64,000 nt of DNA. Origin: Octopus sinensis (Eukaryota). A program made the translations under genes and the position numbers. Under the pieces are notes generated by a model. That model was not told the DNA's origin and searched no databases. It saw only the letters and a list, made by a program, of their open reading frames with translations. This document shows positions 25,624-39,860 of this stretch, piece after piece. Location: contig NC_043001.1 of NCBI RefSeq assembly GCF_006345805.1, positions 26,350,001 through 26,414,000 of the forward strand, in the 5' to 3' direction. Positions within the stretch are counted from its first letter, which is position 1; each line of letters begins with the position of its first letter.

Positions 25624-26929
25624 ATATCATATTGCATATCCAAAAAAGAAGCATCAACATAACCTTAATGATGATATTGACAACAAAAGAATATCTATTG
25701 AACTGAAGTTAGATAATTTCCATTTGATATAATTTTAAAATATATAAGATTTATTAATTTAAGTTTTCTTTCATGTATCTCAATGCTTTATATTTCAAAT
25801 AAAAAACATTTTCTGAATTTCTGTAGTATATAGTTCTTTCCAAGCAAAACCACAGCAGAAGCAACCAATTAATCATCAGTAATAATTCTTAAACTACCAT
25901 ATTTTGTTGCATGGATGACACACTTTTTTGTAAAATAAATACCTTGAAAATTACCAAATATCTTCTATGATGCAAGTTGAGAAATAGTTACTAAGGGTTA
26001 ACTGAAACTGAAGAGCTAATTGAAATCTAGTATTGCAAGTATTTTATAAATTATAAGAGATGTAACTAATATTGTTGAAATAAATGCAATTATAGTTACT
26101 CAGTAACTAAATAAATAATTACATGACTGTTAATGTGGAGAGTATATTGCTGTGTATTACAATTATACCCAGCAGCAAATCCATTGTCTGGTGATTTTGT
26201 TCAACAATGGGTAGGAGCATTCTGCTGGTTTGCCCACCCATCAATGTTGTCTGATAACAACATTTAGCTTGTACCCACCAGGCACTGCCCAATTGTGTGG
26301 ATGGGTCTTTGGTAAGTATAAGAAGATTTTGTCTATAATTACAATTCCAAAATCAGAGTGCGTTTTCCACAGCACAGCATCTACCACGTCTCAAAATATA
26401 ATATTTATACTTTTACATACAAAGTTATGATATAGAACAACTAAGTTTATAATACATAGGAATTTAATTTTATTTGACTTCAAATCTTAATTCCCTACAT
26501 TTCTTTTCAAAATCTTTCAGTGCCAGTGGAATGATTATTGCAACTAGGAAAAGAGAAAAATTGAAAATATCTAAACCTACATCTTCCTTTTGCCACAGTT
26601 CTTCATCTTTATTTGTTTTAGCCATTCTGATGTTGAAAAAGTTCTCAAGTGTAACATCATCATATATACAGTTTACAATGAAATACGCCAGCTTTTACCA
26701 TTAAGCTAGCCAGTGTAACACTATCACAAATTATAAAGGTAATGTGGCACTACAAATAAAAGCACAGATGCCAAGACTTTAATGAAGTAAGTTGTTTCAC
26801 AGGGTGACCACTTATAATTCTGACAAAAAACTAATGATGCAACATCAATTATTTCAAAACAATATATATATAGAGTAGTTGTATACTGTATATACTGTAT
26901 ATTTAGAAATGTAATATATATATATATGT

Positions 26930-27366
26930 GAGTGGCTGTGTGGTAAGAAGCTTACTTCCCAACCACATGGTTCCGGGTTCAGTCCCACTACATGGCACCT
27001 TGGGCAAGTGTCTTCTGCTATAGACTTGGGCCAACCAAAGCCTTATGAGTGGATTTGGTAGAGGGAAACTGAAAGAAGCCTGTCACACACACACGCAAAC
27101 ACACACACATATATATATATATGTATGTATGTATGTATGTATTTGTGCATGTTTGTGTGTGTGTCTCTGTTTGTATCCCCACCATCACTTGGCAACCAAT
27201 GTTGGTGTGTTTACATCCCCATAACTTAGCAGTTCGGCAAAAGAGACCGACATAATAAGTACTAGGCTCACAAAAAATAAGTCCTGGTGTCAAATCGTTC
27301 AACTAAAGGCATTGCCCCAGCATGGCCACAGTCAAATGACTGAAACAAATAAAAGAATAAAAGAAT
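26930..27366 (+). mobile_element. SINE family A
   Basis: Full head/core/microsatellite/tail. Confidence 0.9.
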
Positions 27367-28615
27367 ATAATCATGCATGTGAAAAAACACAAGATCTTAT
27401 CAAAATATCCATGGGAAGCAAACTGATTAATTTCCTGCACATACACAGTCAGTCATATACCAAGCCACTTACTTTCCAAAGACAGAGTTGCGCAAAACTT
27501 GTAACAATTTTTAATTTTTCAATTAATCTTTTTAAAGTAAAAAAAATTAAGCTCTTTTCATTTAACTTTATTACTTACACAGAGAATTATGTGGCAGCAA
27601 ATTCTTCCAATTATCTTATTATAAGACAGCAAAACTGTCTGCCAAAGCCTAATATAACTAGCAACACTTAACATATTACTAAAGGCTACGTGTCACAAAT
27701 AAACAAGCATTAGATTTGTGGAAAAAGTTTGATGACAAGACTGTCTCATTATATGAGCAGTAAATGTATGTTCTTTTATGTGAATTATTGCTAATTAGAA
27801 GCTCCTTATAAAGGAGCTAAATACTTTTGACTTTTGAAGACAACAAAATAGGTCAATGGATTTCTGCAGTGCCAAACTATTGCAATCAATTTAAAGGCTG
27901 GCATTATGTAGAGTGTACCAAATCCCATCCCACCCAAATGTGACATGTCATTTGAACAGATCCTCATTTAGAGGAACTCAGAAAAATGTTTAATGAGAAA
28001 AAGTAAAGTGCATTTTCATGAAGATTTAATCTTTCCAAACTTATATAGTAAAATATTGCAGATAGTGTATTTAATGTGCATATCATAAATGAAGATGGTA
28101 CGATTAAATAGATTAACTTTCATATCATTGCCATCATTTTGTTCATTTTTCTGGAATGTAATAGATGTTGAAATTCAGTCAAATCCTATGTACCTTGAAT
28201 ATACATATTCCACTCTGTGTATCCCAGCATTTCAAGTTTGATTTAACAACATCTGAGATCGTCTTTGCTTAACTCTATTACATGTGTTGCCTCCTACCAA
28301 TGCAAGGCATTTCGTTTATCAGCATGCACTATTCCTTTTAATCATATGTCCTTAGGAAATGCCTTTAAATTTCCTGATACACAACCTGTTTTACTAAGAC
28401 AACACAGTTCAGTCATTACATCATACTCAACTTATAAATTGCCAATCACTACAGATATTATACTCCCAATATCAGGTTGTCACAGCAACATGAATTACAT
28501 TTCTTATACACATTGAATATTTCTGCCTTTTATATGAAGAAATGAAACTTTTTTGCTAGCAAAGGCAATAAGAAATTCTAAAAACTTATCTCAACCCCTT
28601 TTGACAATATGTGTT

Positions 28616-28808
28616 ACTCTTTACTCTCTCTCTCTCTCTCTTTTACTTGTTTCAGTCATTTGACTGTGGCCATGCTGGAGCACCGCCTTTAGTCGAGCAA
28701 AGTTATGCTAAGGATGTAAACACACCAGCATTGGTTGTCAAGCAATGTTGGGGGGGGGGGTACAAACACAGACACACAAGTATATACACACATTCACATA
28801 TATATATA

Positions 28809-28888
<80 letters not shown>

Positions 28889-29083
28889 CATACATACATA
28901 CATACATACATACATACGACAGGCTTCTTTCAGTTCCCATCTACCAAATCCACTCACAAGGCTTTGGTTGGCCTGAGGCTATGGTAGAAGACACTTGCCC
29001 GAGGTGCCATGCAGTGGGACTGAACATGGAACCATGTGGGTGGTTGGTAAGCAAGCTACTTACCACACAGCCACTCCTACGCC
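28616..29083 (-). mobile_element. SINE family A with ~130-bp internal TA expansion and an internal deletion
   Basis: Lacks the ttgaccccaggacttattc...gccgaac segment present in 31566-31961. Confidence 0.88.
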
Positions 29084-30579
29084 TATGTGTTCTGGAATAA
29101 ATAGGTAAACACCGTTTTTACTAGGAGTGCATTATAAAGAATTGCTTATACTTTACTATCACCATTGCGTTGTACCTCTGGGAAAACTTACAAGTCTGAA
29201 ACTTCATGATTAACTGTAGATTTCACTCCTACATCATAAGTTAGTGTTTAGTGATTAGAAAGAGCATCCAAAGAGTACAATTAATAGCGCAATCAATGCA
29301 CTGAAAATATCCATTAAAAAATAAAACATTTAGCAAAGAAAAATTAATGTTAAACTATAAAAAGGTAAAATTATTTCTTTAAAATCAATGGGTTCATGTC
29401 TTCTTGGCTTTAAAAATTCAGACATTACTAATTAAGTTCTTTATATTATTCAAATTACTTCATATTATTTCAATTTAATTTTGAAGAAAGCAAGATAAAA
29501 AAAAAAAACACATTAATGTCAATAATTAAACAAATCAATAAAGAGAAAATAGATTTTCCATTTCGATGGTTTTTCACATGTAAAATATATACTTTTATCA
29601 TGAAAAGGGTGGTGAGTGGCAGACACTGTAGCATGTCAGATTAAATGCTTCAGCATATTTAGTAACATCTCTTTGCATTTTAAGTTCATATCCTGCTGTG
29701 ATTCACTTTGCTGTTCATCCTTCCAGAAATTCAATGAGATAAATACTAATCAAATAATGAGGACACTACTCAACTATATTCTTCCCTCAAAATACGAGGC
29801 CTCTGTCTATATAAAAAAAAATCAATATTTATATTGGTAAATCATATTTGTTGCAATAGATATAAAATATAAATTAAATTTCCATTGATTCACAGGTTTG
29901 CTCCTAATTCAAAATTCCCATAGCATTTAACAGCTGATGAATGAATCCCTCACTAAACAGTGCATATGATGATGGCATAACTGACTATAAGATCAAACCA
30001 GAATAAAATAGCTCAAGGATACAAAGCAATGTCCAAATCATTACACAACTCTCAAAATCTGTAAGACATTGACTTTTACAGATCATTATTAAAGTTGTTT
30101 TCCAAATGGCTATTAAACCAAATACTAGCTTAACTTTACTGATCAGACAAGAACTGATATTTTTAGCACCATCTTACTGTAACACATACTGATCAATAAC
30201 ATAATATATAGTTGGCAACAGCCACTGTTAAGTTTTTAGATATCAGGTTTTTTAGTGCATGTGGATAATATTTTTTCCTTGGCAACACATCTTTATATTC
30301 TAAAACCAAATATAAATATATATTCCAATATAGAAATAGGTCAAGTAATTGAATTTAAATACAAATTTAGAAGGTAGAAACTAAATTTGGTCTTTTAATT
30401 AAGACAATATATAATCAAATAACTTTTACTATATACTTTGCCAATAACATTCTAAAGATGAAGGAAAAGAGTAAAAATAGAGAGATGTCACAATATTTTA
30501 GAGAGATAGACATGTCACACCTATTTTAATCTTAGTGTTAATATAGAGAAATCTTGCATGATAAAATACAAATAAAATA

Positions 30580-31040
30580 TCATCATCATCATTGTTTAAC
30601 ATCCGTTTTCCATGCTAACATGGGTTGGACGGTTTGACCGGGGTCTGGGAAGCCAGAAGGCTGCAACCAGGCTCCAGTCTGATCTGGCAGTGTTTCTACA
30701 GCTGGATGCCCTTCCTAATGCCAACCACTCTGTGAGTGTAGTGGGTGCTTTTTACGTGCCAGGCGAGGCTGCAGTTGGTGCTTTTTACGTGCTGCCGGCA
30801 TGGAAGCCAGTCAAGGTGGCGCTGGCATCGGCCACGTTCAGATGGTGCTTTTTACATGCCACCAGCACAGGGATCACAACTACAATTTCCATTGATCTTT
30901 GATGCTGATGTACTTGACTCAATAGGTCTCCTCAAGCACAGGGTCGAAACGGTGTTTCTTTACTTGCCACCTGCACAGGAGTCAGTCCAGCAGTACTGAC
31001 AACTGCCGGGTGCCAGTCATAAGATTGGTTCAATTTCGAT
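30580..31040 (-). mobile_element. RTE LINE 3' UTR and tail
   Basis: (CAT)n, conserved tail, modules. Confidence 0.85.
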
Positions 31041-31473
31041 TCCGATTTCATATAAAATATATAAATGAAAATACTAATTTGCATCTAAGATTTTCTTTAC
31101 AAGGAAAAATTCTTAAAGACTATTTTCTGAATTATATGCAATTATTTATTAATCGAAAAGAAAAGCAGAGACTTTCTTGAAAAACCCATGTCTTCAGTAA
31201 CATTAAAAAGGACATGAATTATAAAGAATTCAGTCCCAAACAATCGTTGTCACTGTTGCTATATTTGGAAAAATAAATCTGCTTCAGTTAGAAAAATAAC
31301 TTCAAAGGTAGCACTGAAGCCATGTGGATTCCATAAATGATTTCTGCTGCTTTAAGTTTGTTAAGTTGGCATTACAGCCTAAGGTTCTTAAGGCTTTCTA
31401 TCAGAAAACTACTTATCAGAAATTTCCAGTTAAAAAAAAAAAGAAATATATTAATGTATCATGTGGTCTAGAG

Positions 31474-32079
31474 CAGTGCTCTGCAACCTTTTTTCACTTG
31501 CGGTATACTTATATTCTTTTCAAAATTGGGCAGCACACCTGAACTAAAAATATAACAAAAAGTATTCTCTTTTACTTGTTTCAGTCATTTGACTGTGGCC
31601 ATGCTGGAGCACCACCTTTAGTCGAGCAAATTGACCCCAGGACTTATTCTTCGTAAGCCTAGTACTTATTCTATTGGTCTCTTTTGCCGAACAGCTAAGT
31701 TATGGGGATGTAAACACACCAGCATCAGTTGTCAAGTGATGTTGGGGGGATAAACACAGACACACAAACATATACACACACACAAATACATATATATACG
31801 ACGGGCTTCTTTCAGTTTCCGTCAACCAAATCCACTCATAATGCTTTGGTCAGCCTGAGGCTATAGCAGAAGACACTTGCCCAAAGTGCCATGCAGTGTG
31901 ACTGAACCCAGAACCATGTGGTTCATAAGCAAGCTACTTACCACACAGCTACTCCTACGCCTATAGGGGAAGATGTTATATAGTATAGGGAAAAAATTAT
32001 ATTCAGGTTACACTGTAGCACATCTAGCATCATCTCATGGCACACCAGTGCACTGTGACATACTGGTTGCAGAGCACTG
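31474..32079. mobile_element. hAT (Charlie-like) MITE, 15-bp TIRs and 8-bp TSD, interrupted by a SINE
   Basis: gtctagag|cagtgctctgcaacc ... ggttgcagagcactg|gtcaagag. Confidence 0.85.
31566..31961 (-). mobile_element. SINE family A nested in the hAT MITE
   Basis: Full-length reverse copy. Confidence 0.9.
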
Positions 32080-33347
32080 GTCAAGAGGTTAGAAGAATCC
32101 CTGGTTTTTGTGCAGATAATCAAGGTTCCATTATTGTTGTCATCATCATCATCGTTTAGCGTCAGCTTTCCATGCTAGGGAACAGTAATAATTTTTAAAA
32201 CAATGTTCTAGCTAGACCACAACCCAATATGAGTGAAACTAGTATGCTATTCAAAATATTTTTGAATATTAGTCACTAATATACCTGAGAGTTTATTAAC
32301 AATAGATTTTGATAATTAAACCTGATTTTGCTGTTTGTGTTTTCTACTTAATGCATTTACTCCAAATATTACATTGACAAATACTATATACCATAAATTT
32401 TTAATCGTGGGAATAAATAGATACACCTTAGTATATGCATATTTGTGTTATTAATACATAAGTATGATCTAAACTTAGGTTATTACAATGAATTACTATG
32501 ACAAGAAAGGAGACGCACTAAATATCAAGAACAAATAATAAATCAATATCACCATGAAACAGAACTGCTCAGTCTATACAACCAGATTATATAAAGAACA
32601 AGTTAACATTTAAATTCTCTTCAAACTATATTTATTTACTGTTTGTATTAGAATCTTTAAAAATGTTCATCAATTCCTGACACAAAAGCAACAACAAAAG
32701 GCATGCTATTAGAGAAATTATTTTCCATAGTTGCAAATCAAAATGTTGCCAACCACCAATTATTCACTATCAAAGCTTAAAAGTTCTAAAGTGAATATGA
32801 AGGTTATTGTTAATGAAAGCAAATCTCATTTCATTCTGCTAAAAACATTTAAGTCAGAACATTATCAGAATGGTAGCACAAAAGGAATCACACACACACA
32901 TATATACATACATACATACATAATCCATTACACTCTATTTAAAAATGTTATTTTTTTCACTGAATCATTACTCTTATTCAGACACTTTTTGGTGGGTACA
33001 ATATTGTTTGGTATTACTGAAACTATTCTAGTCAATGTTCTCACAATATTACTGAAACCCTCCTTGTTTATTTATGTTTTATTTTTGTGAAGTTTTGTGT
33101 TCTTTGTATGTCATGATATTGTATTTCCATTGTGATGTTATACAGTACAGTGTGTAATTATATATAATTGTTATTTCTATCATTATAATGGATTTGTGCC
33201 AATATACAAAAAATCATCACTGTTATTATTTCAATTACAAATACTGTTTCAGTATATCGTTATTATGAAGATTACAGATGTATAGACCTCTCAAGCAGCA
33301 CCCAACTGTACATAATGATAATAAGTAAAAGACCCAGGTGCTGCATG

Positions 33348-33429
33348 AAGTACTACCAAACACTCCCAGGTGTTTGGTAGTACTTTACTACTTTGGTAGT
33401 ACTTTACTACTTTGGTAGTACTTTACTAC
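33348..33429. repeat. 16-bp perfect hairpin whose right arm continues as a 19-bp tandem repeat x3
   Basis: aagtactaccaaacac-tcccag-gtgtttggtagtactt; (tttggtagtactttactac)x3 at 33373-33429. Confidence 0.92.
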
Positions 33430-35251
33430 TGCCACTCCTACAACCACATCAACAATAACAGCAATAGCAGTAAAACCTCCAACAGCAATGACAGCTACAA
33501 CAGACATTCCTAAAACAGCGAAGACCAACACCACAACCCAGAAGAACAGTAAAGGACAGAACAATCACTATCCTTTAGGCATGGACCTCATTACTGGAAG
33601 TTGAATGTAACTTTTCTGGTGCATAAAGTCTACAAGAGTAACAAATTAAATAGGCTGCAGTGGATACAGCATCATTAATAACTGGTGGGGGAATGCTCTG
33701 AAGAGGGGGATTTGAGTAGAATCAACTGGAGTTAGCAAAGCAGTGAAAGAAAGAAAGAAGGAAAGAAGCTAGTGAGAAAATTAGACGCAATTAGGAAATG
33801 CATTGTAACCAATATACTTGCACTGAGAATGGCTGTCAACCATTTCTTCAATGTAAATCTCAAAGGTTGTGTTGTTAGAGTTAAGGTGTGTGCTCTTAAA
33901 CATGCAAGAACAAAAGTTGTTTGATGGACCCAGGTGACAAATTCACAGTTTGGTTTTTAACAGACAGGGGCAAGCACATACTCAAATAAACTTATCAAAA
34001 TGTATGTAGAATATCAAGACCGTTCTGCACTCATTCAGTGTTCTAGCAATTTTGATTTGTGGAGTTTTACCAAACAGCTGTTGATGCATGAAGGACAAAT
34101 TTGGCTATTGGTCAAGTATTTTGTGAATGTCATCCCCTTACCTTTCTTTGGTTGAGAAAGGAAGGCAACTTTCCTTTGTCTGGCAACTATGGTGCAAAAG
34201 GTTAACTGAAAGGTTTAAAAACAAACTTTCCCTTCAACCAAACTCCCACCAACTTTTTCAAATTCCACTTGGATAAGAAGGTGGAGAGCGGATAAAGTGG
34301 TGCTATCCTCCAGTAAATTTGATGGAAGGTGGGTGAATGTGACAAGCATAACCTGACTGAATGAGTCAATTCTCAGCATGCATCTGTAAGCCAGGAAATG
34401 ATAGCTGGGAAAGTACACCTAACCTTAATAATTCGGGTAACTTTGGATCTGTAAGGTTCCTAGACTGGCCCAAGCTAGCACTCCACCTCTCCTGAGATGA
34501 TCACAAATATAGAGATTGTATACAGTATTTTCTCTTGTTATTTTTTCTTTTTTTCAGCTTTATCTTTCTGATATCAGTGTAAACCCCAATATTTTTGTAA
34601 TCTGTACCTATAATGTACCCTTATCCATCAGTTTTGTATGAAAAAAGATCACTATCATCACTGTCATCATCATTATTCTCCTCATCATCACTATTACTAA
34701 TTGCTTTTGTTCAGGTCTGTTGACAAGATCAGTTTTGCACATAACAGGAATATGCAAATATGATTGCATGTATGTTGTGAGATATTAGGTGGCGGTGGTA
34801 GTGGTGGTGGCAACGACAGTGGTGGTAGTGGTGGTGGAGTGGATGTGGGAGAAGAGAAGAAAGAACTAATGAACGAGTGAAGGCTGTACCAGTTAATAGA
34901 TTCCAGATTCTCAACAGAAATGTATCAGAAAATTGTCAGTCTACAGGTACACTACTTTAAGCTGAAAGATGGCAGAATCAGAAATACACCAAAGCAGAAA
35001 AATTATTGATTATTGTATTATTTTTCTCCAATAATGTACTATACAAATCCATCTTGATTCTTGCAGTCTGCAGCAGTATCCCATATTCAACTTTTGATTA
35101 TTTTTTTAACTTATTTCCATGAAAATAAAATTCAAATATTCTGTTAAATTATAGAATCCGTAAAAAATAAATTAGAGAATAGCAGTTTGATAATAGATTA
35201 ACCTCTATATCTATATTTATATCTATCTATCTATCTATCTTATATATATAT

Positions 35252-35295
<44 letters not shown>

Positions 35296-36159
35296 AATGG
35301 CTTATCCTTATATATGCGTGGATTATTTCTGCAAATTTTAATGAGGTATCTCGTAAAGAATATGTGTAAATGAATCAACTGAATTTTAATGAGGCAAATT
35401 AATATTTATCAATTAATATTGATAGCTCTTAATTAATATCAATTAATAATTTTAAACTCAGTTCATAGACACTGTAGAGGCTAAGATGACATATCTTTGG
35501 AAGGGGCATAGACATGTGGCTAATAAGTTCAACTTCAGTGGTTTCAGATTTGAACATGCTGTGCAAATATTTGGGTATTTTCTACAATAGCCTAGGGTTT
35601 GAAAGCAGGATTGAAAGACACAAACTATGCAGAGACGTGTTGTATTTATATGCACATGCATACGTGTGTGTGTGTGTGTGTCCGTGTCCATGATAATGTG
35701 CATGTTTATGTAAACCAGTGAGTTGTATTGGGTGTCTTCATGTCAAAAACATAACTCAGTGACTGAATAGACATTGATAGAATAAATACCCAGATTGAAA
35801 TAATTTCAAGGGTCAATATAAATTCTAACATGATATGATGACTAAAACCCTCCAAAGGTAAATGACCACAGTCCAATGCCTGAAATCAGCAAAAGAATAA
35901 AATAATACTGCCTTAATAAAAAGAAACTAAATGTACTAAAATGATGTAGATTTTGATAGCTTGTTCATTCAAAGAATAATTATTAAAAAACATAAAGTTT
36001 TATTGATTTCTTATGTAGGTCAAAAATTTGCAGAAGAAAGAAGGTAGAAACAAATTGAATTTGAAATATTTCTAATTTTAACAGCAATTATTTATTATTT
36101 CTGACATAGGCATAATTGTTTAGTATTAAATTTAAAAGATTATTAGAAAGGTGTATATC

Positions 36160-36520
36160 TTCTTTATATTTTTTTACTTGTTTCAGTCGTTTGCTGGGCA
36201 CCACATTGAAGGGCTTTAGCTAAACAAAATCAACCCCAGTATTGAAATTTTTTTGAAGTCTAGTACTTATTCTATCAGTCTCTTTTGCCAAACTGCCAAG
36301 TTATAAGGATGTAAACAAACCAACACAGTTGTCAAGCAATGGATAGAGAGAGAGAGACACACACACATATACATAATGGACTTTTTTCAGTTTGTCTGCC
36401 AAATTGACATGCAAGGCTTTGGTTAGCCTGGGTAAGACACTTACCCAATGTGCCATGCAGTGGGACTGAACCCAAAACCATGTGGTTGGGAAGGAAACTT
36501 CTTACCACACAGCCATGTCT
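36160..36520 (-). mobile_element. SINE family A, decayed
   Basis: Reverse-complement similarity to intact copies. Confidence 0.75.
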
Positions 36521-36742
36521 ACTGTATATATAGGAAGAGATATTATTCAAAATAGCGATAATAAAATCCATTTGTTCTAGCTATACAGAAGGCCATTTTT
36601 GAAGAGATGAAGATAGTTGAATTGAATTAGTTTAATATACTATTGTTACTTATTGTAAAAGCTCTACACAGGACTAACAGGGAAAAAAACTAAATATGGT
36701 AAAAACATTGACTAAAATGTTAATATTTTAACTATTTCATAA

Positions 36743-36957
36743 GACAGTAAGCTGGCAGAATCGTTATCACACCAGCAAAATGCTTAGCTGTATTTCACCC
36801 ACCTTTACGTTCTGGGTTCAAATTCCACAAAGGACAACTTTACCTTTCACCCTTTCAGGGTTGATAAAATAAGTAACCAGTTGTGCATTCAAGGTAATGT
36901 AATTGGCTTACCCACTCCCCCGAAATTGCTGGCCTTGTGCCAAAATTTGAAACCAAT
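36743..36957 (+). mobile_element. SINE family C
   Basis: Aligns with 25416-25623; tail variant as in 8232 and 11135. Confidence 0.78.
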
Positions 36958-37937
36958 GTTTTAACTATCTCCACCACTCTTTGTACCAAATAATACTGAT
37001 TTCTAAGATAGCCCTTCATTCTGGGGGTAATGACCATAGTCGATTATATTGTCCCCTATACTTGATTAATACCGATCTTACGAATCCTGAAAAGATGAAA
37101 AGTAAAGTCGTACCCAGGCAGGATTTGAACTCAGAGTGTAAAGACTTCTAAGTAGTTACCAGTCTACTAATTCTACCAATTAGTCAATTTGTAACAAATG
37201 CTATACTATTGATAATAAAATTAAAGTGAAGTTTTGGGAGAAATAAAAGAACCAAAGGACTTAATCAAGCTTAGCCTTCATCCATCCACCCAAGGTCAAT
37301 AAATTAAGAAACATGGCTGTATCTAGGTTGATTCTACTTCTACAAAAGTGGCCTTGAGTCTATTCAAAAGAAATATTTATGTCAATGGTTTGTCTGTATA
37401 AATATATAAAATTATATGTTAATCTATTAATTCTAAGATAATTAGTAGAATATATTAGTATTAATCTACAGAACTAATACATGTGCAGTTGACTCTCAAC
37501 TTTGTTGAATAGAAAGCCTAACAACACAACCAAACTATCTTCTGTTTTTACTGTACAGGTGATATGTTATATATTGCTACATTAGAACCGATACTCTTCA
37601 TATCACAACATTACTGGTATAATTCATGTTGCTATTACACGCATGGTACATTTTATATCACTGCTTTACAACTGGCACAAATTACATCACTACTACATGG
37701 TTAGTATACTTCTTACTATTGCTATGAGGTCAACATATTGTGGTTATACTACTTTGCTAAAGTACATTATCATTACACTTCAAAATTGGTACACACTTTA
37801 TTTGTAAACTCTTCAACCACACACATGTATTTTAGAAGTATAGAGTTGAGAAATATATTGTATTTAACAATTTATATACTTATGTAACGATTTATATAAT
37901 TTATATACTTATATAACAATTTATACACTTATAATCT

Positions 37938-38160
37938 ATATTTCACAGTTGTTATACTTCAAGTCTATTTTTTGCAGTTGTTATACTCCAAGCCCATATT
38001 TCACAGTTGATACAATTCACACCTATATTTTACAGCTAATATACTTCATACCTATATTTCACAGTTATTATACTTCAAACCAATATTTCACAACTGAGAT
38101 ACTTCAGTCTTGTATTTCACATGATATACTTCAAGCTTGTATTTCACAGTTAAGATACAT
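37938..38160. repeat. Degenerate minisatellite, ~28-29-bp unit (tatttcacagttg.tatacttcaa...)
   Basis: Recurring tatttcacag and atacttca motifs at regular spacing. Confidence 0.75.
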
Positions 38161-38906
38161 CATATATGTACCACACATTTGGTACATACTGTAGCATTTA
38201 TATAAATAATATTTATTAAATGATATTCTTTACATACAGTGTATACTGTGTGTACTAAAATTGGATGTGCTAATCTTTAAAGTGAAAATCATTTTATAAA
38301 ATATAATTTTTATTTTCAATTATAGTTCATAAAATGTACAATACATACAAAACTGCAACACTCATACTTATAAAAGTTAGTAATTAAACTTAGAAAATTA
38401 TTTTCTAATCTAAAACTATGTAAGGCAACATCTAAACAAGCTTTGTATTCAAACATTTGGAGAAATTATGGAGCACATTGTATAGTAATGTCATTGAATC
38501 AATGATAGAGCTTCTGTAAGGCTGTGCATTGGATAACGCAATCATAGATTACCCTAAAAGAAGAGGAAGGTCACAACAAGAATACATCTAATCAGTGATC
38601 TTCTTAATCAGGACTCGGAGTTAAACAACATCAGCTCAGTATATAAATAGCATATCAGCAAAAGACTTCAGCATTTTTCTTGATTACTTTATCCTCTTCT
38701 TTTACCAAATTTCCATATATGTAGTTACTAAAAAAAAAATCACTACTTCTTGTGCCATCTTATTATTATTAGAGAGTAAAATTGTCACATTTGAACAAGA
38801 ATGATACTTCACATCTCTTCTGTCCTAGTATTCTGCAGAATTTTTGACATGGTTTTGATTTGTTCTGCCTTAATTGCATTTGAGACTCTAATAGGAAAAA
38901 GAGAGC

Positions 38907-39023
38907 GGGGACAAGAGAAAAAGGCAGAAGAGAAGAGAATATTGTACGAGAGAGTTGACAAAAACAGGGATGTGTTTTCATCAACTCTCTCATGCAATAT
39001 TCTTTTCTCTTCTTTCTGTCCTC
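38907..39023. other. Imperfect long hairpin (~41-bp core stem, 6-nt loop)
   Basis: agaagagaagagaatattgtacgagagagttgacaaaaaca-gggatg-tgttttcatcaactctctcatgcaatattcttttctcttct. Confidence 0.85.
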
Positions 39024-39596
39024 AATATTTATAATTTCCTCCATTTTTTGTATTCAATGTTTTTTGGTTTTATTTATTTGTTTTTTTTAATTTCCATACT
39101 GACATAACATTAATTTGGTTCTATGTGGCACCTGTCCAACTATGCTTAGTATTGGCATAAAAACAGGCCAGTTGTGTTAAGATCACCTGCTTGGGTGACA
39201 TTTGCTTTCCTATTTCAAGCCTACATGCATTTTCTTAGTGCAAAAGAACAAAATTCAAGATAGAAAAGAAATAAAATGAAAATTTTAGCTGCAGCTATTA
39301 ACTTAGTTGTTCTGATGTAACAAGCTGTTGAGAAATCATTTTCAGTAGATTATTTCTATTAAAGATTATTGAAGATCAAACCTATTTTCACCAAAACTAA
39401 TTTATAAAAGACCAACTGGTTCAAATCTGAGCTACTCACTCTTTCCTATTAAAGGCTCTACTGCAATTTGGATAAAACTAATCAAAGCCTTGTCAAAAAA
39501 TCTGCAGAATATTAGAGAGGCAGGACAAAGATGTTTTTCTCAGCCTCTTTTGTCCTATGCACCACTCCGATTTTCTATTTAAAAAAACAACCCACT

Positions 39597-39860
39597 TCCC
39601 TTTGAAAAAAGTTTGCATATAGGCATGCATGCTTGTATGTATATATTATCATCATCATTTTCCCTATGAAAAAAGTTTGCATATAGGCATGCATGCTTGT
39701 ATGTATATATTATCATCATCATTTTAACATCCAATTTTCTAAGCTCACATGAGCTGGACTAACATATAGACAAGGCATGCATGCTTGTATGTATATATTA
39801 TCATCATCATTTTAACATCCAATTTTCTAAGCTCACATGAGCTGGACTAACATATAGACA
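39597..39860. repeat. Overlapping 64-bp and 88-bp tandem duplications
   Basis: Core aggcatgcatgcttgtatgtatatattatcatcatcatttt at 39621, 39685, 39773. Confidence 0.93.

Noticed and set aside
38769-39044. Three overlapping ORFs and a candidate minus-strand exon (VSNAIKAEQIKTMSKILQNTRTEE)
   Set aside because: Good acceptor but only weak donors (gtgaag/gtatca); ORF overlap is explained by the hairpin's symmetric low-complexity sequence
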